This document shows, in pieces, positions 1 through 8,970 of a stretch of 64,000 bases of DNA. The DNA is taken from NCBI GenBank assembly GCA_965219445.1, contig CBDCNQ010000005.1, positions 832,001 through 896,000 of the forward strand, in the 5' to 3' direction. A program made the position numbers and the translations under genes. The stretch is from Longimicrobiales bacterium. Its GTDB lineage: Bacteria; Gemmatimonadota; Gemmatimonadetes; Longimicrobiales; Gaopeijiaceae. The notes under the pieces were generated by a model. It was given only the letters and a program-made list of their open reading frames with translations. It was not told the origin of the DNA and made no database searches. The stretch's first letter is position 1. Each line of letters opens with the position of its first letter.

Positions 1-413
1 CCGACAACCTCGACGCGCTCGAAATGAGCCAAGACGCCGATCGGTTGATCCGGACATACTCGATGGGCATGCGTAAGAAGATCGCGTTCCTGGCGGCCAT
101 GGTGCACCAGCCGAACATCCTCGTCTTCGACGAGCCCACCGGAGCACTGGATGCGGCGAGCGCCCGCGTGGTCAAGGACGAAATGCAGATCGCACGGGAC
201 CGAGGCGCACTCGTCCTGTTCACGACGCATGTCATGGAGATCGCGGAGCGCCTCACCGATCGAATTGCGATCCTCGATCACGGAAGCTTGGTCGCGGAGG
301 GAACGCTGGCGGAAATCAAGGAAGCGCACGCACGTTCCGGCGCCGAGACCCTCGAGGAGATCTTTCTCAGGCTCACCGCTTCACAGGACGACGCCGAGCT
401 CGCTGCCAGATGA
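1..413 (+). CDS. ABC transporter ATP-binding protein, C-terminal part (5' end outside window)
   Basis: Signature YSMGMRKK, Walker B ILVFDEPT, H-loop FTTH. No Walker A in the window, so the gene starts upstream. Confidence 0.85.
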   Translation, partial: DNLDALEMSQDADRLIRTYSMGMRKKIAFLAAMVHQPNILVFDEPTGALDAASARVVKDEMQIARDRGALVLFTTHVMEIAERLTDRIAILDHGSLVAEGTLAEIKEAHARSGAETLEEIFLRLTASQDDAELAAR

Positions 414-2539
414 GGGGACCCACCCGATCAGGGGCCCGTTTCCTCGGCTTTGTGCCCCGGTACCCGGTGGTCCGGCAGTACGACCGTGTCGACTGCGGCC
501 CGGCCTGCCTCCTCGCGGTCCTTCGATTCCACGGCGGTGACGGCGGACTGGCTCCCCTCCGCTCTCTCGCCGGGACGAACGCAAGCGGAACAAGCCTTCT
601 CGGGCTCTACCAAGCCGCGGAGACGCTCGGATTCGATGCGAGAGGCGCAACCGGAGATTTCGAGGCTCTGAGGGGTGTGAAGCTGCCCTGCATCGCTCAC
701 GTCGTCGTCGACGGTGGCCCCCATTACGTGGTGGTCTACGAAGTCGGTGAACACGGCGTGAGGGTGGCCGACCCGGCGCGTGGACTCGTGCGGCTCACTC
801 GCACCGAATTTGAGCGAATCTGGGTGCAGGGCGCGGTGCTTCTCCTAGCCCCCGGCCCCGAGCTCCACTTCGCACCGCCCCCCCATTGGTTCCCCTGGGT
901 CCTGCGCCACTGCCGGGGAGCACAGGGATGGCTCGTACAATCCGTGTTCCTCGGATTCGTATACACGGCCCTGGGACTCGTGACGGCATTCGTGGTCCAA
1001 CGGCTCGTCGACGACTTCATTCCGGATGGTTATGAGAGCCGGATCGTCGCGGCAGGCGGGATCCTGCTCGGGCTACAGCTGGTCCGGGCGTTGGTGGGTT
1101 TTCTGCGTCAGCGCTTCCTGGTCGGGCTCGGCAAACGAGCGGCCACGGCCATCGCCGAGGAGCTCATTGGGCGCCTCTTCTCCCTTCCATCCCGGTTCTT
1201 CGACACCCGGAAGAGAGGGGACGTCGTGGCCCGCCTCCAGGACGCGTCCCATGTTCAAAGCGCGGTCGTTCAAATCCTGGGGAGCACGACCATCGATGTC
1301 CTCGTCACCATACTGTCACTCGGCATCGTGTTCTATTTTTCTGCCGAGATGGGGTGGGTCGCACTCCTCCTGGTGCTGCCCTACGCCCTGGTGGCCGGTA
1401 CGGTCGTGGCGCGGCTCCATCATGAGCACCACGAGACGCTCGGAGCATACGGGCGGCTACAAGGCTCCTACATCGACACGCTCGACGGGATCGAGGCGGT
1501 TCGGAGGAGCGGGGCCACAGAGATTTTCTCGCAGGCCACACTAGCCCTCTTCGGCATGTTCCAATCCAAAGTCGAGCGGCTCGGCTACACGCAAGCGGCC
1601 GCCGTATCGAAGCTGGAGGTGGTCGGTGGAGTATTTCTCACCGCCGTGCTGACCACCGGCGCGCTGCTCGTCCTCGCTGGGGAGCTGCTGCTCGGCAGAA
1701 TGTTCGCGGCCTATTCACTGGCCGCCGGGGCCCTCCCGAGTCTTCAGCGAGTGACCGACGGCCTGTTTACCCTTCAGGCCGGATCGGCGGCGGCCCAGCG
1801 GCTGCAAGACGTCTTGCTCACCGATCCCGAACCGAACCCCGGCGTGAATCCCTTCCGGATGGAACGGGAGCTGAGACTGGAGAACGCGACGTTCCAGTGG
1901 TCTCCCGACGAGCCTCTCCTTCAGGGCACGAATCTCACGCTCCACCGAGGGCGCATCACGGGGCTGAGCGGAGCCAACGGCAGCGGAAAAAGTACGCTGA
2001 TCCACCTCATCACCAGGCGCTACCCCCTCGCCGAAGGAACGCTCACGGTAGACGGCGTGGCCGCCGAAGAGATCGACCTTCACAGCTATCGCCGAGGGGT
2101 GGCACTCGTCCCCGAAGCCGTGAAGATCTTCAACGGCACGCTCGGAGCCAATCTGGCGATGGCCGCCCCCGACCTATCACACGAGGATCTGGTGGAGCGC
2201 ATCCGGAAGATGTCGGTCGCCTCATTCATAGGTCGATTCGGCGGCGGCCTCGATACCGAGGTGGGTGAGGACGGCCGACGACTTTCCGCGGGAGAGCGCC
2301 AGATGATCGGTCTCATTCGAGCCCTCCTCGGAAGACCCTCGGTCCTGATCGTCGATGAGGGGTTCAACGCGCTTGATCCCCAAGCCTTCGCCCTTGCCGT
2401 GCACCTGGTGAGGGCCCATGCCAGAGACGGAGCAGTGTTGCTCGTCTCACACGTTCCACAGCTGATCTCCCTGGCGGACGAGTGCTTCATCCTGGAGTGC
2501 GGCGCCGTAGTACCGGTGACGCACTCGAGGGCGGCGTGA
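410..2539 (+). CDS. Peptidase-containing ABC transporter (C39 + TM + ABC), bacteriocin/RiPP export type
   Basis: QYDRVDCGPACL (catalytic Cys), PHYVV (His), ADP (Asp); TM block; GANGSGKST, LSAGERQ, LIVDE. ATGA overlap with the upstream gene. Confidence 0.92.
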   Translation: MRGPTRSGARFLGFVPRYPVVRQYDRVDCGPACLLAVLRFHGGDGGLAPLRSLAGTNASGTSLLGLYQAAETLGFDARGATGDFEALRGVKLPCIAHVVVDGGPHYVVVYEVGEHGVRVADPARGLVRLTRTEFERIWVQGAVLLLAPGPELHFAPPPHWFPWVLRHCRGAQGWLVQSVFLGFVYTALGLVTAFVVQRLVDDFIPDGYESRIVAAGGILLGLQLVRALVGFLRQRFLVGLGKRAATAIAEELIGRLFSLPSRFFDTRKRGDVVARLQDASHVQSAVVQILGSTTIDVLVTILSLGIVFYFSAEMGWVALLLVLPYALVAGTVVARLHHEHHETLGAYGRLQGSYIDTLDGIEAVRRSGATEIFSQATLALFGMFQSKVERLGYTQAAAVSKLEVVGGVFLTAVLTTGALLVLAGELLLGRMFAAYSLAAGALPSLQRVTDGLFTLQAGSAAAQRLQDVLLTDPEPNPGVNPFRMERELRLENATFQWSPDEPLLQGTNLTLHRGRITGLSGANGSGKSTLIHLITRRYPLAEGTLTVDGVAAEEIDLHSYRRGVALVPEAVKIFNGTLGANLAMAAPDLSHEDLVERIRKMSVASFIGRFGGGLDTEVGEDGRRLSAGERQMIGLIRALLGRPSVLIVDEGFNALDPQAFALAVHLVRAHARDGAVLLVSHVPQLISLADECFILECGAVVPVTHSRAA

Positions 2540-3222
2540 ACCAGCCGCTTCCGGCTGATCACTGCAGTCATCGCGGCACCGACCGCCTCGCGGCCCGCTC
2601 CATCTGGCCGACGTTCGCGCTCATGGCAGCGATTTGGATGGTGCTCGCCCTCTATAGCAATGAACGGGTGCTAACCCCTCGGGTCTTGGCGAGTCTGGCC
2701 GCGGGGGGAAGCGGCATGGTGATGCCCGAAGATCAGGTGGACGATTTCCGGCGGCTCGGACGCGTGGCCTACGCGTTGACTCCGGTCTTCCTCGTGATGC
2801 GGGTCGGGGTCACCGCTCTGGTGCTTCAACTGTTCACGATGCTTCTGTCCGCGGAGATCTCGTATCGTGACCTGTTTCACGCGTCGCTGTGGGGGTTCGG
2901 TGCGGTGATGTACGGCATGCTCATCCAGACATTGAGGCTTGATCTGCTCGGACCCGATATCACGGTGCCGGAGCTCACCGTGGTCCCCGACTCACTCGCG
3001 GCCCTGATCATGAGCCCGTCAGCCACGGTCACGATGGGATACCACGCGCTGAGCTTTCTCAGCATTCACAGCCTGCTGTGGATCGGAATCGTCTTCACCT
3101 TCCTGCGCTTCGAATGCCGCGTCACCCCAACGAGCGCCCTATTCGTCCCGCTAGCCGGTTGGACCACGATCTCACTCGCACAGCTGGGGCTCAACGCCTT
3201 CACGACGCAAATCCTTGGGTGA
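2536..3222 (+). CDS. Multi-pass membrane protein, possibly Yip1-like
   Basis: GTG start overlaps the transporter stop (GTGA); about 5 hydrophobic segments. Confidence 0.65.
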   Translation: MNQPLPADHCSHRGTDRLAARSIWPTFALMAAIWMVLALYSNERVLTPRVLASLAAGGSGMVMPEDQVDDFRRLGRVAYALTPVFLVMRVGVTALVLQLFTMLLSAEISYRDLFHASLWGFGAVMYGMLIQTLRLDLLGPDITVPELTVVPDSLAALIMSPSATVTMGYHALSFLSIHSLLWIGIVFTFLRFECRVTPTSALFVPLAGWTTISLAQLGLNAFTTQILG

Positions 3223-3412
3223 GCGAAGGGAGAGCGACGCCTCGGGGTAGACTCTTCGGTCGTAGGCCCGTGGGCTCCTTCCCTCCCTGCTGTCCGGGGC
3301 CCCCGCTCTCCCAGAGCTCCACCAGCCCCTACCCGACGGTCGGTCAGGAGCCCCCGCACCTACGACTTCGACAGGGGGGGCAACCGCGGGTCATGGAGCG
3401 AGCACGGGCCTC

Positions 3413-3961
3413 TCAGCCACGGCATCGCGCCCACTCGGCCTCGAGCGCCAACTCTCCGACCCACCGTTCAATACGGGCCAGGTCTAGGGTATCACCTTGA
3501 ACGGCCATGATCTCCGTCACATCCCTGATCTGTCGCTCCGAATCGCCGAGCTTGGCCCACTCTAGTTTTGCCACGATGAGGTCCTCAGGCCCAACGACGG
3601 ACAATTCGAGCCCGAGGAAACGAAGAGCTTGGCGGTCGTTGAACTCGGCGACACTGAAGGGGCGGTCCTTCCGGATGATGAAGTCGGCCTTCCACCCCGA
3701 GTTCGGGTCTATCGCGTTGAATTGACCGCGAATCCTCACGGCCTCTTTGACCGCATAGTCGCTCACATAGAACCCGCCATCTCTAAGAGCCCCTGCGAAC
3801 TGCAGCAAAACTTCGACGCTCTCATCGATGACCAGATCTACGTCCTGGGTCGCACGCGGCGATCCGTGGTACGACACGGCCAATGAGCCAGTCAACATGA
3901 ACGGGATTTCAAAGGCGTCCAGGGACTGGACGACGAATGAAAGGAAATGTTCGAGCGTCAC
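3413..3961 (-). CDS. Nucleotidyltransferase, MenT/AbiEii-like putative toxin
   Basis: Pol-beta-type GS...DxD motif (LTGSLAV...RATQDVDL), EDLIVAKL, RQIRD. GTGA overlap with the small upstream ORF. Confidence 0.75.
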   Translation of the reverse strand: MTLEHFLSFVVQSLDAFEIPFMLTGSLAVSYHGSPRATQDVDLVIDESVEVLLQFAGALRDGGFYVSDYAVKEAVRIRGQFNAIDPNSGWKADFIIRKDRPFSVAEFNDRQALRFLGLELSVVGPEDLIVAKLEWAKLGDSERQIRDVTEIMAVQGDTLDLARIERWVGELALEAEWARCRG

Positions 3962-4152
3962 CGATGCCGTGGTGCGAGCCTGGAATCGGCTGTCCGACCC
4001 TCGGTTTTCGCTCGGTCGGTCCTGCCGGCTTTGGCCAATGCTGCCACGAAGTCACTAAGCGACAACGCCTCATGGAGGCGTTCCTCCGGAGAAAGTTCCG
4101 CGAGAGCGGAGAACCTGATGCTCGCTGCTTCCGGGGTAGTATCGCGACTCAT
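3958..4152 (-). CDS. Small helical protein, putative antitoxin partner
   Basis: 64 aa starting MSRDTTPEAA...SPEERL; coupled to the nucleotidyltransferase. Confidence 0.6.
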   Translation of the reverse strand: MSRDTTPEAASIRFSALAELSPEERLHEALSLSDFVAALAKAGRTDRAKTEGRTADSRLAPRHR

Positions 4153-4339
4153 CACGAGAATGTAGCGCGTACCGATGGGATCCACTAACGAAATCCCTCC
4201 CAAAGCTCCTCGAACCAGTTCGTGACGATGTAGATCAAAGGGGCTCGCCACTCTCAGGGCTCCATGTCCACCCTCGTGGGAAGCCCTCCAGCGAACCCCT
4301 CAGACGTCGGCGGGTGACGGAAGTAGACGAGCCTTCATG

Positions 4340-4367
4340 TGCGTCTAAGGCGTGTGGGGCGGCAAGC
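4340..4367. repeat. 28-bp direct repeat, copy 1
   Basis: TGCGTCTAAGGCGTGTGGGGCGGCAAGC; 27/28 identical to 7135-7162. Confidence 0.9.
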
Positions 4368-4435
4368 GTCACGGGCCTCTCAGCCGACGATCACCACGCC
4401 TTCCACGAAGACGCGAAGCCAGGGGATCTGAGCCT

Positions 4436-7123
4436 TCAATTACCCATCCGCTGGCGAAGCTCCTCGAACCAGTTGGTGACGAGGTAGGCTTCGGCGCTCG
4501 CCGCACCCTCATTACCCATCCTCAACATCACGAAGCGCTGGTCGTCGGGGTTCACATCGTATATCGGGTGCGTGTTGCCGCGCTGGTACTCAGCCATCGA
4601 AAACAATACGACTTGACTGTCCCATCCGAACACCGAATCCGTACGTACCTGTACTGCTACCAGTGAGTCAGCCCCGTTCCGGTAGAACAATTCCCGCCCG
4701 TCGTGCGCCCACACCGGCTCGGCCCCTCCAGCCGTGGATACCAGCCTCAGTCCCGAATCAGCATCGGGGAAGGGACGGACGTATATCTCATTTTGGCCCG
4801 ACTCGTCCGAGACGTAGGCCACCCATCTACCGTCGGGTGAGAGCGCAGGTGAGCGTTCCGTAAACTCGCTCACCGCCACTGGAACCGGCACGCTGTCCGT
4901 CCCGACGCGAATGGCAAATATGTCAACCCCAACGCCAACGCCACCCGTGACGCCCCGCTCGCGGTAGACCAGCCATGTGCCATCATGGGAATAGGAAATC
5001 TCTTCGATGCCAGTCGCCGTGCTAAGCACGAGGTCCGTCGAGCCACTCCCGTCCGCCCGCTTGGTCCAGACATCTTGCTGTCCCTCACGATTCGAGAGGA
5101 AGGTCAGCGACCGACCGTCCGGGGACCAAACGGGCCGACGGTTCCTCGTGCCGTCGGTCGTGATCCGGGTCAGCGGCCCTGTTTCCAACTGTTTCACCCA
5201 CAGGTCAGTCGTTCCCCCGGAGTCCAATATCGAGATCGCAAGGCGATCCCCATTCGGGGAGAAGGTGAGGCTGGAATAGTCCGGGTCTCCCGGCATGCTC
5301 CATCCGGGATGGATCTCGCGGGCCGTGCCGTCTCTTTCCACCCATACAGGTGTAACCGATGGGCCTGAGGCAAAGCCACCTGCCTGGTATACAAGCGTGC
5401 CCGTCTGCGATACGGCGAACTGCGAGGCCCCTACGCGAGACACGGCCAGCGAGGGGAGCAATGTCACCGGGGCTCCCGTCACCTGAAGCGTCTCGACATC
5501 GAAGGGCACGCCCATGAGCGCCCCGTCACCGTGTCCGTAGATCACGTGGCCCGTAGACACGTAACGCGGCTGGTTCCCACTAGGGATAAGCTCGCGGACC
5601 GCACCCGTCTCGATCTCGAAGATCAAGATGCGTGACCCCTGTGCACGGCCACCAGTGCCGAATACCACCGCCCTTCCGTTGGGCAGGAGATGCGATCGGG
5701 CGACGCTCACCGAATCGGACTCCAGCAAGACCTGGGGATCGCCTCCCGCCGACCCGACGCGGTAGAGAGCACCTCCAGAGTTGTAGACGATGGTGTCGTC
5801 AAAGCCCCAGTGTGCGCTACCGCCGGAAGTCGTGACCGGAAGGGCAGGCCCGCCGCTTATCGAGACCTTCCAGATCCCTCTTACGCCCTGGATGTTGAAG
5901 GCGACCGATTGCCCGTTCGGCGAAAAGGTCGGGTTCAAACCCCCCTCCGTATTGGGAAGCTGGCTCCACTCCGGGTCGCTCGCAGTACGGATGTGGATGG
6001 AACCCTGCTCCACTTTCAGGATCGAGCGTCCATCGGGTGAGATCGCCAGCCTCCAGCCGCCACCAGGAGTCACCAGATCGAGGCCCGTCACTGCCGCTCG
6101 CGTTGGGACACCCGGCTCAGGACCCGGACGGAGCCAGCCCCAGGCGGCGAGGGCCACGAATAGAACCGCGAGTGTCGTCGTTGCTATCGTCAGCCGATTC
6201 CAGGGGCCAGGCATCGTAGCGGGCGTGGCTACCGGCTCCGAGGTCGAGGCCGTTACGGACGTCCGAGCCCGTGCCTTGTACGTGAAGCCCTCATCCGCCA
6301 GCGCCGCAGCGAACTCAGCCGCGCTGGTGAATCGATCGGCGGGCAGCTTCTCCAGAGCCCTCGCAAGTGCATGGCCGACATGGGGTGGCACGGTCCTGCG
6401 CTCGCTCGTGATCGACGGTGCGTCCGCTGTGAGAATCTTGACCAGCACCGCTTGGGCGGTCGAGGCGGAGAAGGGCGGCTGCCCGGAGAGCATCTCGTAC
6501 AGCACGCAGCCGAGCGCGTAAACGTCGGACCGTGGGTCCACGTCCCGGTCGCCCGTGGCCTGTTCGGGACTCATGTAGTGGGGCGTGCCCAGGCTGAGTC
6601 CCGTCTCGGTGATGCGCCCAGCGCCCGCCTGAGCCACAGCCAGCGCGATCCCGAAGTCTGCGACGAGGGGTTCACCCTGAGCACTCAGCAGGATGTTCCC
6701 CGGCTTGATGTCGCGGTGGACAACGCCGTTTCCGTGTGCGTAGTCGAGTGCACCCGCGACCTTCTGCGTGATGGCCAGTGCGTCCTCCACACCGAGCTGC
6801 TTCTCGCGGTCGATGCGCTCCCTGAGTGATTCTCCTTGGATGTGGGGCATCACGTAGAAAAGGAAGCCGTCGGCCTCACCAGAATCGAAGAGCGGCAGAA
6901 TGTGCGGGTGAGTCAGGTTCGCCGTCGTCTTGATCTCGGCCAGGAAACGCTCTGCACCTACGACCGCAGCCAACTCGGGTTTCAAGACCTTGAGCGCGAC
7001 CTTGCGCTCGTGCTTGAGGTCGTCGGCCAGGTAGACCGTGGCCATGCCGCCCTCGCCCAGCTCACGCTCGATGGCGTAGCGGCCTTCGAGAGCCGCGTTC
7101 AAGCGGGAGACGGCATCGGACAT
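4436..7123 (-). CDS. Hanks-type Ser/Thr kinase with TM segment and TolB/PD40 beta-propeller
   Basis: LGEGGMATVY, VALK, HRDIKPGN, DFG, GTPHYMSPE; TM helix; repeated SPDGR/SPNG motifs. Likely start ATG 7123. Confidence 0.93.
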   Translation of the reverse strand: MSDAVSRLNAALEGRYAIERELGEGGMATVYLADDLKHERKVALKVLKPELAAVVGAERFLAEIKTTANLTHPHILPLFDSGEADGFLFYVMPHIQGESLRERIDREKQLGVEDALAITQKVAGALDYAHGNGVVHRDIKPGNILLSAQGEPLVADFGIALAVAQAGAGRITETGLSLGTPHYMSPEQATGDRDVDPRSDVYALGCVLYEMLSGQPPFSASTAQAVLVKILTADAPSITSERRTVPPHVGHALARALEKLPADRFTSAAEFAAALADEGFTYKARARTSVTASTSEPVATPATMPGPWNRLTIATTTLAVLFVALAAWGWLRPGPEPGVPTRAAVTGLDLVTPGGGWRLAISPDGRSILKVEQGSIHIRTASDPEWSQLPNTEGGLNPTFSPNGQSVAFNIQGVRGIWKVSISGGPALPVTTSGGSAHWGFDDTIVYNSGGALYRVGSAGGDPQVLLESDSVSVARSHLLPNGRAVVFGTGGRAQGSRILIFEIETGAVRELIPSGNQPRYVSTGHVIYGHGDGALMGVPFDVETLQVTGAPVTLLPSLAVSRVGASQFAVSQTGTLVYQAGGFASGPSVTPVWVERDGTAREIHPGWSMPGDPDYSSLTFSPNGDRLAISILDSGGTTDLWVKQLETGPLTRITTDGTRNRRPVWSPDGRSLTFLSNREGQQDVWTKRADGSGSTDLVLSTATGIEEISYSHDGTWLVYRERGVTGGVGVGVDIFAIRVGTDSVPVPVAVSEFTERSPALSPDGRWVAYVSDESGQNEIYVRPFPDADSGLRLVSTAGGAEPVWAHDGRELFYRNGADSLVAVQVRTDSVFGWDSQVVLFSMAEYQRGNTHPIYDVNPDDQRFVMLRMGNEGAASAEAYLVTNWFEELRQRMGN

Positions 7124-7130
7124 GGCGGTC

Positions 7131-7162
7131 AATATGCGTCTTAGGCGTGTGGGGCGGCAAGC
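7131..7162 (-). promoter_or_regulatory. 28-bp repeat copy 2, forming a probable leaderless sigma70-type promoter of the kinase gene
   Basis: Minus strand TTGCCG-N18-CATATT-N7-ATG, with no Shine-Dalgarno. Confidence 0.55.
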
Positions 7163-7326
7163 CGTAAAGGCTTCGGCAGAGCTTTCACATCTTGGTGCCC
7201 CATCTAGCTCGACATCCGCCACGAGCTTCTACACATTAGCGGATGCTGGGCAGCCGCTGCGGACCCGAATCGCCCCGTTGAGCGAGTCCGGGGTCCCTCA
7301 CCAGGCCCCGTGTCAGGGCGCACCCG

Positions 7327-8970
7327 ATGTCGAATCTGAAAACCAAATCCAGTACGCCGATCGGCTCGTGGAGTGGGCCGGCGGACCGCCTTCTCACGAC
7401 TCCCGAGGAGTTCGCTCTGGGCCTCCGTCATGTCGGACGGCCGCTGTACGCCGTGGACCATGGAGAGGCGTTTGCCCTCGCGGACTGCGGATCCGTCGAG
7501 TTGGGCGCAGATCCCCAGGTTCACGGACTGCCTCTCCTCGCTGTGAGCCCCCCCTGCAGACCCCAGAATTTCGGCTCCTCCAGTTTCGCCAGCCAGCACG
7601 GCGTTCGCTTCTGTTATGTGGCCGGAGCCATGGCGAACGGCGTCGGCTCCGTGGAACTCGTCGAGGCGATGGGCCGCGCCGGCATGCTCGCCTTCTTCGG
7701 AGCTGCTGGCTTGGGGCCGGATACGGTGGAGGACGCCATCGACCGGATCTCCACGCGCTTGGGCGATCTCCCTTGGGGATTCAACCTGATCCACAGTCCC
7801 TACGAGCCGCTGCTCGAAGAGGCGGTCGCCGACCTCTACGTGCGCCGTGGAGTGACTCGGGTATCGGCTTCCGCCTACATGGATCTGACGCTCCCACTCG
7901 TTCGCTACCGGCTGCACGGCATTCATTCCGATGCCTCGGGGCGGGTCGTGACTCCGAATCGACTGGTGGCGAAGGTCTCGCGCGTCGAAGTGGCGCGTAG
8001 GTTCCTCGCTCCGCCGCCCGACAAGATGTTGGCCGAGCTCGTCGCACGTGGAGACCTCACGGAGGAACAAGCGCGGATGGCCCAATCGATCCCCGTCGCG
8101 CAGGACTTGACCGTCGAGGCGGACTCCGGTGGCCACACCGACAATCGGCCGGCCATCGCCCTTCTCCCGTCCATGCTGGCGTTGCGCGATCGAATTCAGA
8201 CCGAGTATGACCACGGCCTCCCCCTCCGTGTGGGTTCCGCTGGAGGAATATCGACGCCACATTCCGTGGCAGCAGCGTTCGCCATGGGTGCCGACTACGT
8301 CGCTACGGGATCGGTCAACCAGGCGTGCCGAGAGGCCGGAACCTCGGATACGGTGCGGCAGATGTTGGCCAAGGCGGAGCAGGCCGACGTCACGATGGCT
8401 CCGGCGGCCGACATGTTCGAGATGGGCGTCAGGTTGCAGGTGCTCAAGCGTGGCACGATGTTTCCCATGCGGGCACATCGTTTGTATGATTTGTACCGGG
8501 CCCACAGCGGGCTCGAGGACATATCCGACGACGATCGGAAGAACCTCGAAGACACGCTCTTTCGTAAGCCACTAGAGGAAATCTGGAACGAGACACGACG
8601 TTTTTGGGAGCAGCGCGACGTCACCCAGACGGAGAGGGCCGAGCGCGATCCGAAGCATCGGATGGCGCTGGTATTCCGGTGGTATCTCGGGATGTCGTCC
8701 CGGTGGGCCAACCGTGGCGAGCCGGGGCGAGAAATGGACTACCAGGTCTGGTGTGGCCCGGCCATGGGAGCGTTCAACGAATGGGTTCGGGATAGTGTTC
8801 TCGATCCCTGGGAGAACAGGCGCGCGGTCATCGTGGCGCACAACATGTTACATGGGGCAGCGGTCATCACTCGAGCCGCCGCTCTACGTAGCCAGGGGGT
8901 CGACCTTCCCGCTGCGAGCGTGGACGTCCTGCCCCGTGGTCCAGGCGAACTTGAGGAACTGCTGACTTGA
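7327..8970 (+). CDS. pfaD: PUFA synthase enoyl reductase
   Basis: YVAGAMANG, FNLIHSP, TVEADSGGHTDNRP, GSVNQAC, APAADMFEMG, DYQVWCGPAMGAFN. Confidence 0.95.
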   Translation: MSNLKTKSSTPIGSWSGPADRLLTTPEEFALGLRHVGRPLYAVDHGEAFALADCGSVELGADPQVHGLPLLAVSPPCRPQNFGSSSFASQHGVRFCYVAGAMANGVGSVELVEAMGRAGMLAFFGAAGLGPDTVEDAIDRISTRLGDLPWGFNLIHSPYEPLLEEAVADLYVRRGVTRVSASAYMDLTLPLVRYRLHGIHSDASGRVVTPNRLVAKVSRVEVARRFLAPPPDKMLAELVARGDLTEEQARMAQSIPVAQDLTVEADSGGHTDNRPAIALLPSMLALRDRIQTEYDHGLPLRVGSAGGISTPHSVAAAFAMGADYVATGSVNQACREAGTSDTVRQMLAKAEQADVTMAPAADMFEMGVRLQVLKRGTMFPMRAHRLYDLYRAHSGLEDISDDDRKNLEDTLFRKPLEEIWNETRRFWEQRDVTQTERAERDPKHRMALVFRWYLGMSSRWANRGEPGREMDYQVWCGPAMGAFNEWVRDSVLDPWENRRAVIVAHNMLHGAAVITRAAALRSQGVDLPAASVDVLPRGPGELEELLT

